Source: Verrucomicrobiota bacterium
Lineage (GTDB): Bacteria; Verrucomicrobiota; Verrucomicrobiia; Palsa-1439
Assembly (NCBI GenBank): GCA_003164675.1
Contig: PLTX01000059.1
Span: forward strand, 12,428 to 76,427
Direction of reading: 5' to 3'
DNA length: 64,000 nt
Part shown: positions 40,974 to 49,241 of the stretch, piece after piece
Layout of the letters: the number at the start of each line of letters is the position of its first letter
Numbering within the stretch: position 1 is the stretch's first letter
Position numbers and translations under genes: made by a program
Notes under the pieces: model-generated
The model's input: the letters and a program-made list of their open reading frames with translations, nothing else
What the model was told of the DNA's origin: nothing
The model's database searches: none

Positions 40974-41066
40974 TTACACCCCTCTCGCCACGGCCAGCGC
41001 AATCACATCTTTCGCTCCGGCATGACGCATCGTCTTGGCGCAACTGTCCATCGTGGCACCGGTCGG
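40974..41066 (-). pseudogene. Remnant of the comF 3' end (about 30 codons, third copy)
   Basis: The minus strand encodes ...FPTGATMDSCAKTMRHAGAKDVIALAVARGV*, matching the ComF C-terminus. Over ~95 nt the nucleotides resemble the ends of the copies at 42450 and 43445. Confidence 0.6.
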
Positions 41067-41503
41067 AAACATGTAGCGAAGATGCCGCCTTGACATCACG
41101 ACCAGCAGCCAATCCGGCGTGTTTTCTGAAAACTAGCGGGTGCCCGCAAACTAAACGGTGGTGCATCCTGGGCGAGGCCAGGTGAGTCTTGGGAGAAGCG
41201 CAGCCACCATTTGTCGATTGTTCACGGGCACCCACTGCCTAACGTGAACAGGATCTGCTCTCGGGGAGGTGGGGGTGAAGACACCCCGGCATTGAGCAAC
41301 ATTTCCTGTCCTCATAATTCCAGAGCCTAGGCAGTACGTCATCCGCGCACAATGGGGTGAATACCCCATGGAGAAAAGAATCGTGCCATTCGCCATTCTC
41401 CCCGGAATGGCGGTGCGCCGGGTTTTCTAGGGTGAATTCCCGGTCGGAAATAGGGAATGTAGTAATTTCGCCTTTCCACGGAACGCCTCTACGGTCTGGT
41501 GTG

Positions 41504-41920
41504 ATGAACCAGACCCCCAATGCGCCGCCCACTCCCGACAACTTTCCCCAACCGCTCCGCACGTTGGTGGTGGATGATTCCTTCAGGTTCTTGAAGGCCT
41601 TGTGCGCTTACTTACAGACAGAACCGTTGTTTCAAGTGGTCGGTACCGCGATGGATGGCGGGGAGGCGCTGCACATGGCGGAATTCCTCGGGCTGGACTT
41701 AATCTTGATGGATCTAAACATGCCGGTCATGGACGGCTTGCAAGCAACGGCGATTCTGCGCCGCCGCGTGCCCAACATGCGGATTATCATCATGACGACG
41801 GAGCACCCGGCCACAGCCGAGGCGAAGGCACGGGCCCATGGCGCACACGGCTTCATTTGGAAACCACGGATCATAGGCGATCTGATAACCGAGGTTCATC
41901 ACGCATGGCAACAGACGTAA
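41504..41920 (+). CDS. Single-domain response regulator (CheY-like receiver)
   Basis: REC domain with VVDDS and DLILMDLNMP acidic-pocket motifs and a conserved Lys (FIWKP). No output domain. Confidence 0.8.
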   Translation: MNQTPNAPPTPDNFPQPLRTLVVDDSFRFLKALCAYLQTEPLFQVVGTAMDGGEALHMAEFLGLDLILMDLNMPVMDGLQATAILRRRVPNMRIIIMTTEHPATAEAKARAHGAHGFIWKPRIIGDLITEVHHAWQQT

Positions 41921-42408
41921 TTCCTCACAACGACTCTGACCTGCCTCAGTCCAATCCTTACACCACGGGCGGGTCTGCCGGGGTCAGGCAGGATGTCATT
42001 CTCGTCATCGACGATGACACCGAAGTCTTGAATAGCGTTCGCAGGTTGTTGAAACGCGAAGGCTGGGTGGTGCTGACCGTCTCCGACCCCCTGGAAGGCC
42101 TCCAGATGTATGAGACTCTTTGGCCGGAAATCCAATTGGTGCTGTTGGACTACTTCATGCCCAACCTCCGCGGGGACGAAGTCTTTGAACGGCTGCAACG
42201 CATCAACCCGCATGTTCGTGTCCTGTTAACAACCGCGTGTGACGGCGACGTCTCACAGGAGATGCTCCAGGGTGGACTTTGTGGCTTCGTCCAGAAACCA
42301 GTCTCGCCGCGAGACCTCATTCGCAGGATTCACCACGCCATGAATCACCATGACCCGCTGGCGCCCCCGTACCTGCCCGTAACTGCTCAAATCGATCAGA
42401 ACAGTTGA
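41905..42408 (+). CDS. Single-domain response regulator (CheY-like receiver) with short N- and C-terminal extensions
   Basis: REC motifs VIDDD, LVLLDYFMP, FVQKP. Overlaps the previous receiver gene by 16 nt. Confidence 0.75.
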   Translation: MATDVIPHNDSDLPQSNPYTTGGSAGVRQDVILVIDDDTEVLNSVRRLLKREGWVVLTVSDPLEGLQMYETLWPEIQLVLLDYFMPNLRGDEVFERLQRINPHVRVLLTTACDGDVSQEMLQGGLCGFVQKPVSPRDLIRRIHHAMNHHDPLAPPYLPVTAQIDQNS

Positions 42409-42445
42409 GATCACATGATTTATGAGGCTGGTACGCTGTCCTGCC

Positions 42446-42886
42446 GGGGTTACACTCCTCTCGCCACGGCCAGCGCGATAACCTCCCTCGCCCCGGCCCC
42501 GCGCAACGTCCTGGCGCAACTGTCCGTCGTGGCGCCGGTCGTAAACACATCGTCCAACAGGACGAGGCGTTTGGCTTTGAAGACTGCCTCATTGCGCACG
42601 GCGAATGCCCCGCGCAGATTCCGCGCCCGGGCTTCGGCATCGAGTTTGGTTTGGGTCCCGGTATCCTTGACGCGGCGCACCTTCCCTTTGAGAACGGGAA
42701 CATCGAAAGCCCGGCTCAACCCGGCCGCGAGGTGCTCCGCTTGGTTGAACTCGCGCTGCCGTCGCTTCCGCGGGTGCAACGGCACGGGAACGATGCCATC
42801 GATTTCGCGCCAGTCGATCCAGCGTTGCGCCGCCCCCCGCAGCCAATCCACGAGATGCCCGCCGAAATACATCTCGATATACTATC
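42446..42886. repeat. ~440-bp direct repeat, copy B (truncated comF duplicate)
   Basis: See copy A. Confidence 0.8.
42450..42872 (-). pseudogene. Truncated duplicate of comF (C-terminal 140 codons, phosphoribosyltransferase-like domain only)
   Basis: About 93% nucleotide identity over ~440 bp with the 3' end of the intact comF at 43445-43880. Retains an in-frame ATG (MYFGGHLV...). Confidence 0.65.
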
Positions 42887-42925
42887 CATTAAGCACCATG
42901 GGAACTGGCGCCCTACATGGACTGT

Positions 42926-43273
42926 TCAAGATCGAATCATCACCAGCATCATCTTGAACCGACGCACCGCCTTCAACGCATGCGGCTTGTTGGCAGGCAT
43001 GATGATGATTTCTCCTGCACGGACCTGGTGAGTCTTGCCTGAAATCGTGATCTCTGCCTCCCCATCGAGGATGTGTGTCAACGCATCAAACGGGGCCGTG
43101 TGCTCGCTCAATCCTTGACCTGCATCAAATGCAAACACAGTCAGCGTGCCCGTCTTTGCCTTCAGGATCTCGCGGCTGACAACGGCATCCGCTTGATAGT
43201 CGATCAGGTCGACAACCTTGTGAGGGAGCACCCCCAGTTTGCCAACGGTCTTGGGTTTCTCATCGGTTTTCAT
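42926..43273 (-). CDS. Cupin-domain protein
   Basis: Small beta-barrel protein with a cupin-like His-containing motif (...GLSEHTAPFDALTHILDGEAEI...). Confidence 0.6.
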   Translation of the reverse strand: MKTDEKPKTVGKLGVLPHKVVDLIDYQADAVVSREILKAKTGTLTVFAFDAGQGLSEHTAPFDALTHILDGEAEITISGKTHQVRAGEIIIMPANKPHALKAVRRFKMMLVMIRS

Positions 43274-43440
43274 TTCACTGCTCCGAGCTGGCCGCTATCA
43301 ATGATACCCTGCGATGCAACTCAGCGTTTACCATGACTCCCCTCGCCCGCGATGGTAGCGACTCGCCGTCGGTTGTCAATTCCCCGCCGGGCAAATCCAG
43401 GGTGGTATCAATCAGCAGAATGATGTGTCCACCCGTTGGC

Positions 43441-43881
43441 GCGCTTACACTCCTCTCGCCACGGCCAGCGCAATAACCTCCCGCGCCCCGGCCCCGCGCA
43501 ACGTCTTGGCGCAACTGTCCATCGTGGCGCCGGTCGTAAAAACATCGTCCAACAACACAAGTCGTTTGCCTTTGAAAATTGTCTCATCGCGCACGGCGAA
43601 TGCCCCGCGCAGATTCCGCGCCCGGGCTTCGGCATCGAGTTTGGTTTGCGTCCCGGTATCCTTGACGCGGCGCACCTTCCCTTTGAGAACGGGAACATCG
43701 AAAGCCCGGCTCAACCCGGCCGCAAGGTACTCGGCCTGATTGAACTCGCGCTGGCGTTGTTTGCGCGGGTGCAGCGGCACGGGAACGATGCCGTCGATCT
43801 CGCGCCAGTCAATCCAGCGTTGCGCCGCCCCCCGCAGCCAATCCACCAGATGCCGGCCGAAATACATCTCGCGATTGTATT
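43441..43881. repeat. ~440-bp direct repeat, copy A (3' end of the intact comF)
   Basis: About 93% identical to 42446-42886. A third ~95-bp partial copy lies at 40965-41066. Confidence 0.8.
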
Positions 43882-44209
43882 TGAATCGCAAGATGCAGTC
43901 GCGGACGACCCCTTGCGCGCGGCAGGCGCATACGGTCCGGCTGAAATAGAACCGCAGATCCTGGCAATAACCGCAGACGAACGTCTCGCCCGTCACCGTC
44001 CCCGGAAACGGCGAGGCGCATTGTCGACAGAACGGCGGCTCAATCAGTTTGGCCGAGGACACGCAGGCGGGGCAGACGATGCCGGGGTCGGTGTCGGCCA
44101 GGGGACAACCGCAGAACGGACAATTCCGCGGCCAGACCAGGTCTAGCGCGCGCCGTGCCCAGAGTTGGACAGCCCGGGACCGCCCAGTGGTTTGAATATC
44201 GTCTGGCAT
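43445..44209 (-). CDS. comF: Competence protein ComF (N-terminal 4-Cys zinc-finger plus phosphoribosyltransferase-like domain)
   Basis: CPFCG...CPAC zinc ribbon followed by the PRTase-like LVLLDDVFTTGAT motif. Start at ATG 44209 is tentative; the ORF stays open upstream into the CPBP gene. Confidence 0.75.
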   Translation of the reverse strand: MPDDIQTTGRSRAVQLWARRALDLVWPRNCPFCGCPLADTDPGIVCPACVSSAKLIEPPFCRQCASPFPGTVTGETFVCGYCQDLRFYFSRTVCACRAQGVVRDCILRFKYNREMYFGRHLVDWLRGAAQRWIDWREIDGIVPVPLHPRKQRQREFNQAEYLAAGLSRAFDVPVLKGKVRRVKDTGTQTKLDAEARARNLRGAFAVRDETIFKGKRLVLLDDVFTTGATMDSCAKTLRGAGAREVIALAVARGV

Positions 44210-45051
44210 AACCACACCATCAGCACGAGGAGCACCACGAGCATCGGCCACGACGCCACGTCCTGCGTGACATCGACGGTCGCCGACCAGCGCATGAACT
44301 CGTTGACCAGCACCCAGCCCGCGTGCAGTCCGATCGGCAGATATAATGCCTCCGTTTTGGCGTATGCCAACCCCAAAACGCAGCCAACCAGAAACAGCGA
44401 CACGAACCCAACGAAAACGCCTTTCTGAACCAACGACTGCGACACGATCCAGACAAGGCACTTTCCGCCGCTGGCCCACGTGACCTCGTTGGCCGGGATG
44501 TTCACGCCATTCGGTTTGAGGAAGTGCACCGCCGAATACACCACGCTGGCCAATGCCACGGCGACGGCCATGTTCATGCGACGCTGGAGCGCGCCTTGGA
44601 GCGCCCCGCGAAAAAACGTTTCCTCGATGACCGCGACCGCCACACCCACAAAAAAGAATTTCACCGCGCCGCCCGCCATTTCTGCCGAAGTCCTGGTGAA
44701 CGCCAGCCGGTGGCCTCCGAAGACGACGAGGAAGGTAATCATGACTGTCAGTGTTGCCACGCCGAGGAGGTATCCGCCCAGGGCATGACGCCACCAGTCG
44801 CGCGCCCGCACATACCCGATATCGCTCCAAAAGCGAAAACCGATGACGCGCCGCATCGGCCACAGCCCGGCCAGCGCGACGAGCATGATCGATCGGTCAA
44901 AGATCCGATGGAACGGATATGTTGCGTAAACATGAAGAGCGTTTACCCGAGGGGCCACCTGTTGCACGGCCCAGAAGAGCCATGGGGCAAGCAGCGCGCC
45001 GATCAGGATGATGGCGACGAAATAAAGGCCGATGACACGGGACGCTCTCAA
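44143..45051 (-). CDS. CPBP-family intramembrane glutamic endopeptidase (CAAX protease/Abi family)
   Basis: Polytopic protein with the EETFFRG motif and a conserved His motif (SAVHF). Its start is adjacent to the stop of the upstream hypothetical. Confidence 0.75.
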   Translation of the reverse strand: MRASRVIGLYFVAIILIGALLAPWLFWAVQQVAPRVNALHVYATYPFHRIFDRSIMLVALAGLWPMRRVIGFRFWSDIGYVRARDWWRHALGGYLLGVATLTVMITFLVVFGGHRLAFTRTSAEMAGGAVKFFFVGVAVAVIEETFFRGALQGALQRRMNMAVAVALASVVYSAVHFLKPNGVNIPANEVTWASGGKCLVWIVSQSLVQKGVFVGFVSLFLVGCVLGLAYAKTEALYLPIGLHAGWVLVNEFMRWSATVDVTQDVASWPMLVVLLVLMVWLCQTIFKPLGGPGLSNSGHGAR

Positions 45052-45432
45052 TTACGTTTCGGTAGGCCGCTGAAGTTCCTGGGGCGTAAACACCTTGCGC
45101 CGTTGGATTTCATTGTCGAGCTTTTCCGACGGCGTGCCGGGGCCGATGATTTCCGTATAGCGAATCGAGCCATAGGGAATCCAGTACATCTTGCTGTCCG
45201 CCTCGACCGGCCGTTCCTGGGGCACCGCCGATTCCAAATCCGGATGCTCCTGAAACCGGCGTCCGCTGACGCGCACCCCGGTTTCATCAACGTCGGTAAT
45301 GATGCCGCGAACAATTTCCCGTGGTGTTTGCTGGTGAAACCTCCGCAACACCACTTTCACTCGCTGGTTGAGTAATCCTTTTGTGTCCATTCGTTCCTCT
45401 GCGGCCCGGCGGAACCGCCGCGCCCTACCCAC
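45052..45432 (-). CDS. Hypothetical protein (about 112-126 aa) between the secretin and the CPBP protease
   Basis: Coding-like ORF. Probable start at MDTKG (45390). No recognised domain. Confidence 0.45.
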   Translation of the reverse strand: MGRARRFRRAAEERMDTKGLLNQRVKVVLRRFHQQTPREIVRGIITDVDETGVRVSGRRFQEHPDLESAVPQERPVEADSKMYWIPYGSIRYTEIIGPGTPSEKLDNEIQRRKVFTPQELQRPTET

Positions 45433-45489
45433 GGCTTTGGCAGGGCGGGCTGGCTCAACCCGGCATTGGATAATATTCTGAAGCGGCCC

Positions 45490-48177
45490 CTATTGCGTGG
45501 TAATGTCGCCGTCCTGCAGTTTCAGCGCCTTGACCTTCGCCGATTGACGATCAATCGGGTTCTCAACCACCGGCGGTTGCGCCTCGCTCGATTGGCTTGG
45601 CGCCATTGAGTCGATCCTGTCACTGCGGGGCGGCGGCGCAGCCCGATTCGGTTGGTTCGGTGCCATCGAGCCGATACGGTCACTATTTGGCGGCTGCGCC
45701 TCGCTCGATTGGCTCGGCGCCGTTGAGCCGATGATGCCACTGGGCGGCGGCGCCGCGTTATTCGTCCCCGAACTACCCTTGGGGAAGTACCGCTCTTCTA
45801 ACTCTTCGCTCACGCCCATCTGTTGCAAGCGGCGCTTGGCTTCGGCAACGGCCACCAGGTCGGAGCGTAAAACGACGGGGCGGATGAAGATGATCAACTC
45901 CGTGCGCGTCTTGCTGTTCGTCTGGCTCTTGAAGAGTTGGCCGACAAACGGAATGTCGCCCAAGAACGGCGTCTTGGTCGCCGACACCGTCTTCGTCCGC
46001 TGGATCGAACCGCCGAGAACAATGGTGCTCCTGTCTTGCACCGCCAGCGACGATTTCGCTTCCCGCTTGTTAATGATGGGAACGGTCGTGCCGCCAATAT
46101 TCACGTTGGCCCCGAGATCGTTCACTTTCTGCTCGATGTCCATCCGCACGTAGCCGTCGGGATTGATCCGCGGTGTCACGTGCAACTCGATGGCGACGTC
46201 TTCGTATTGGATACTGGCGGTCACGCCGGAGGTGGACAACGTGCCAGAACCGCTGACGAGCGTGGACGTCTGCGACGTCGGCACAGGCACGGACTGGCCC
46301 ACGATGATGTCCGCCTCCTGGTTGTCCATCGTTTGAATGACGGGCGTGGAGAGTATTTTGCTGTTGGACGTAGTGGCGAGCGCGTGAATGACCATGTCGA
46401 GGTTCAAATTCCTAAACGTGGTAAAGTAGGTAAGACCCGAGCCCGCAGACAGGGCCGCCGACGTCAAATTGGTGGCCGCCGAGTTGAGTTGAACGGGCGT
46501 ATTGCCGTCGGTGTTGTTGCCGCCCGTGCCGTAAATCGAGCGGTGCTGCTCCAAGCGTTCGAACAAGTCCACGCCCACGTCCAGCTCATTGTTGAGCGTC
46601 AGTTCGGCGATCACGACTTCGATCTGCACCTGAGCGACAGACGTGTCGAGGCTCTTGACCAGTTCCTGGATGCGCGCCATGTCCTCCTTGGTGGCCATCA
46701 CCAGCAAGCAATTCGTCCGCGGATCGGGCAGGATGTGGACGCCTTCCGCGTACTGCAGGAAGCCCGTGTTCGCGGCACCAGCGCCAGCACTACTGCTCAT
46801 CGTCGGGGCCGGCACGGACGGAGCGCGCGCGCCCGAGGTGGTCGTGCCGGTCGAGGACGTGGTCCGCCGTGTCGAAGAGGAGGAGGAGGAGGAAACCGAT
46901 CCGCCCGTGATCAATGCATTCAGCAACCCGGCCACATCCTCGGCGGTGGCGTAATTGAGCAGGATCACTCTCATCACGACATCGGGCTCGACCTTCGCGT
47001 CCAGCTCGGCAATCAGCCGGTCGAAGAACCCGAAATTGGTGATCCGGGTCAATATGAACAGTTTGTTCGTTCGATCATCAGCCGCCATGATGACCTTTCC
47101 CTCGACAACCGATTCTTCGCCGGTTGCCTGTGTCTGACCCTGACCCTGCGACGCAGGCCGCCGGATGGGAGACGGCACTTGTCCTGATTGACTGGGCGCG
47201 GCGGCGTGGGTGCCCGCTTGCTCGGCGTCCTGGATGATGCTCTGGAGCCGCGCCATGACTTCGGCGGCTTTGGCGTGCTTGAGGACGTACGACCGCATTT
47301 CCATCCGTAGCGCCGAGGGTTGATCGACATAGGTGACAATCTCCATCATTTGCTTCAAGTTCGCCGCAGTCTCCGAAATCAGGATGCTGTTCGAATCTTG
47401 CAGCGCCATCAACTGGCCATACGGATGGAGGTACGGTTGCAGCACAGGAACGACATCCGAAGCCTTGGCGTTCTTCAGGGGGATAATCTGCGTGCCCAAG
47501 GTGTCGGCCGGCGCGATCACGCGCCCGACCGGGAGACCTTCCTGCTTGGCCGTGTTGATCTGTACGATTTTCAAGAACTTCTCACCAAGCGGTATCGCCG
47601 CGATGTTGTTGATCGCCAGCACGCTATCGAGGGCCTGAATCGCCTCGTCCTTGGTCAGTTTGGACTGGCTGCGAAAATTGATCTGCGCGTTGATGTTTGG
47701 CGCGGAGATGATCGAGCGGCCCGTGAGCCGCGAATACCAGTCGAGGATCGCGGTAATCGGCGCTCCTTGAAATTCGAAGTCGATGACGGCTTGATCCGAC
47801 TGGGCCGGGCGGGCCGATGCCGGAGCGGGTGACGGCGGTGGTGGTGGCCGAATTGGCGGCGCGGGTTGTGCCGGCGTTTTGGCAGCGGCGGCGACACTGG
47901 AGCCTTGCGGTGGTCGCGCTGGCGGTGGAGCCGGAGCAGCCACTACGGGCGGCGGCGTATGCGGGATGTCCAGGAGTTGCTTCGGCAGGCCATTGGTATT
48001 GGTGGCTGTGGTCGCCTTGTTGGTTTTGTCGGTATCCGCTTCCCGGTTGGGATCGGTTTGGGAAACCGTGTTGGTTCTGTCCTCGGCGTACGCGACGCTA
48101 CGCGGTCGAATACCCGTCAGGATGGCCAGCCATGTCGATACGGCCACAGTCAATAAACTCAATCTCAGCTTTCTCAC
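45490..48177 (-). CDS. gspD: Type II secretion / type IV pilus secretin (GspD/PilQ family), with low-complexity inserts and a C-terminal 20-aa tandem repeat
   Basis: Signal peptide, N0/N1-like domains and a C-terminal secretin domain (NSKILSTPVIQTMDNQEADIIVGQSVPV). Pro-rich N-terminal linker. Ser/Thr-rich insert. 3 x 60-bp repeats at the 3' end. Confidence 0.9.
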   Translation of the reverse strand: MRKLRLSLLTVAVSTWLAILTGIRPRSVAYAEDRTNTVSQTDPNREADTDKTNKATTATNTNGLPKQLLDIPHTPPPVVAAPAPPPARPPQGSSVAAAAKTPAQPAPPIRPPPPPSPAPASARPAQSDQAVIDFEFQGAPITAILDWYSRLTGRSIISAPNINAQINFRSQSKLTKDEAIQALDSVLAINNIAAIPLGEKFLKIVQINTAKQEGLPVGRVIAPADTLGTQIIPLKNAKASDVVPVLQPYLHPYGQLMALQDSNSILISETAANLKQMMEIVTYVDQPSALRMEMRSYVLKHAKAAEVMARLQSIIQDAEQAGTHAAAPSQSGQVPSPIRRPASQGQGQTQATGEESVVEGKVIMAADDRTNKLFILTRITNFGFFDRLIAELDAKVEPDVVMRVILLNYATAEDVAGLLNALITGGSVSSSSSSSTRRTTSSTGTTTSGARAPSVPAPTMSSSAGAGAANTGFLQYAEGVHILPDPRTNCLLVMATKEDMARIQELVKSLDTSVAQVQIEVVIAELTLNNELDVGVDLFERLEQHRSIYGTGGNNTDGNTPVQLNSAATNLTSAALSAGSGLTYFTTFRNLNLDMVIHALATTSNSKILSTPVIQTMDNQEADIIVGQSVPVPTSQTSTLVSGSGTLSTSGVTASIQYEDVAIELHVTPRINPDGYVRMDIEQKVNDLGANVNIGGTTVPIINKREAKSSLAVQDRSTIVLGGSIQRTKTVSATKTPFLGDIPFVGQLFKSQTNSKTRTELIIFIRPVVLRSDLVAVAEAKRRLQQMGVSEELEERYFPKGSSGTNNAAPPPSGIIGSTAPSQSSEAQPPNSDRIGSMAPNQPNRAAPPPRSDRIDSMAPSQSSEAQPPVVENPIDRQSAKVKALKLQDGDITTQ
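45598..45776. repeat. 3 x ~60-bp tandem repeat inside the 3' end of gspD (encodes 20-aa units APSQSSEAQPP.../APNQPNRAAPPPRSDRIDSM)
   Basis: Direct comparison of consecutive 60-nt blocks (GGCGCCATTGAGTCGATCCTGTCACTG...). Confidence 0.75.
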
Positions 48178-48699
48178 TTATCCTCCCCGTCGAAACGGAA
48201 TACGGCGAACACCCGATTGCGTGGGCATGGGCGGCTGCTGCCCGGGTTGCCCTGGCTGGCCAGGGGCCGGCGGGCCGCCGGGCGCCGCGCCACTTCCCGG
48301 TTTGGCCTCCAGCATCAACGTGGCGACTTCCAGGTCCTGTTTCAAAACAAGCTTGGTCGCGCCATTCTCTGACTTTTCAATCTTCACAACCTTCACCGGG
48401 CCGATACTTTCACCTTCCGCCTTGAAATCGACGCGCTTGGTGTCATTCTCTTGGATGATCGCGAGTAGCGGCTGATCATCGCCCTCCCTGGCAATCCCCA
48501 CGAATGTGAAGCGTGTCGAAAAACCGGGTTGTGGGGCGTTGTCAGGCGATGCGCCCATTTGCCCGAACGGCGCGCGGTCCAGGATGATCTGGTACCGCGA
48601 AAAATCGCGGGTTGGCTCCGTCGCGCCCGCCGGCACTCCGCCCAGCGCGGCCGTTATGGCGCACAGAATCGCCAGATACTTGCTGGTTCCCGAACTCAC
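48178..48699 (-). CDS. Secretin-associated putative lipoprotein (PilP/GspC-like)
   Basis: Signal/lipobox-like N-terminus, beta-rich core, Pro/Gly/Gln-rich tail. Sits directly upstream of and abutting the secretin gene, as pilP does. Confidence 0.4.
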   Translation of the reverse strand: MSSGTSKYLAILCAITAALGGVPAGATEPTRDFSRYQIILDRAPFGQMGASPDNAPQPGFSTRFTFVGIAREGDDQPLLAIIQENDTKRVDFKAEGESIGPVKVVKIEKSENGATKLVLKQDLEVATLMLEAKPGSGAAPGGPPAPGQPGQPGQQPPMPTQSGVRRIPFRRGG

Positions 48700-49235
48700 G
48701 ATTTCGGCCCCACCGGTTTGGCAGCGAGCGCCCGCACCTGGATATCGCAGCGGAGAATACTCTGATTCTCAGTTCGTGGGGTGACCTGCAATTGCTCCAC
48801 GCTCACAAAACCAGCAGCGGTCTGCAATGCAAACAGAAACCGGACCAAAGAATCCGTGGTCGCTTCCACGGCCAACTGCTCCGGCAGGACGCGATAGACA
48901 CCTTTGTCCTCTTCCAACATCGGACGACTGGAACTGATTTGCACGCCCGAATTCTTGGCGACGTCCAAGATTTTCTTGCCCACATCCGAACTCTGTTGAA
49001 AACTCTCGGTGCGCTGTCCAAGGCTTTGTTTGAGTTCGTCATATTGCTTCTGCCACTGCTTTTCGTGATCGATCGTCGCCTTCATCACGGCGAGTTGCCG
49101 TTGCTGCGTCTCGAGCTTTTCGCCCGCCGACTGCCAATTCCGCCACAGTGGTCTGACCACGAAAAAATTGACGACAAGGACGATCACCGTAATGGTGATC
49201 ACCAGCAGGTTACGCTCTCGTTTCGTGACAGCCAT
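48696..49235 (-). CDS. PilO/GspM-like inner-membrane assembly protein
   Basis: Single N-terminal TM, coiled-coil, then periplasmic domain. Position between the PilMN-like gene and the PilP-like gene. Confidence 0.5.
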   Translation of the reverse strand: MAVTKRERNLLVITITVIVLVVNFFVVRPLWRNWQSAGEKLETQQRQLAVMKATIDHEKQWQKQYDELKQSLGQRTESFQQSSDVGKKILDVAKNSGVQISSSRPMLEEDKGVYRVLPEQLAVEATTDSLVRFLFALQTAAGFVSVEQLQVTPRTENQSILRCDIQVRALAAKPVGPKS

Positions 49236-49241
49236 AAAATA

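Noticed and set aside
41100-41503. Possible cobalamin riboswitch (GGTGCC, GGTGAATTCC and AATAGGGAA-like strings) upstream of the response regulators
   Set aside because: The conserved elements are out of order relative to the riboswitch consensus. No B12-box/GCCACTG pairing geometry could be assembled. The downstream genes are not B12-related.
40960-44210. Integrase-mediated genomic islets targeting comF
   Set aside because: No tyrosine/serine recombinase or other mobility gene in the window. The inserted modules are only ~1-1.4 kb, so segmental duplication is equally likely. Kept as a finding but not called a mobile element.
43445-44863. 472-aa ORF suggesting a much longer ComF
   Set aside because: The upstream 218 codons are low-complexity R/G-rich and overlap the CPBP protease gene in another frame. 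The ComF zinc ribbon begins right after the internal ATG at 44209.
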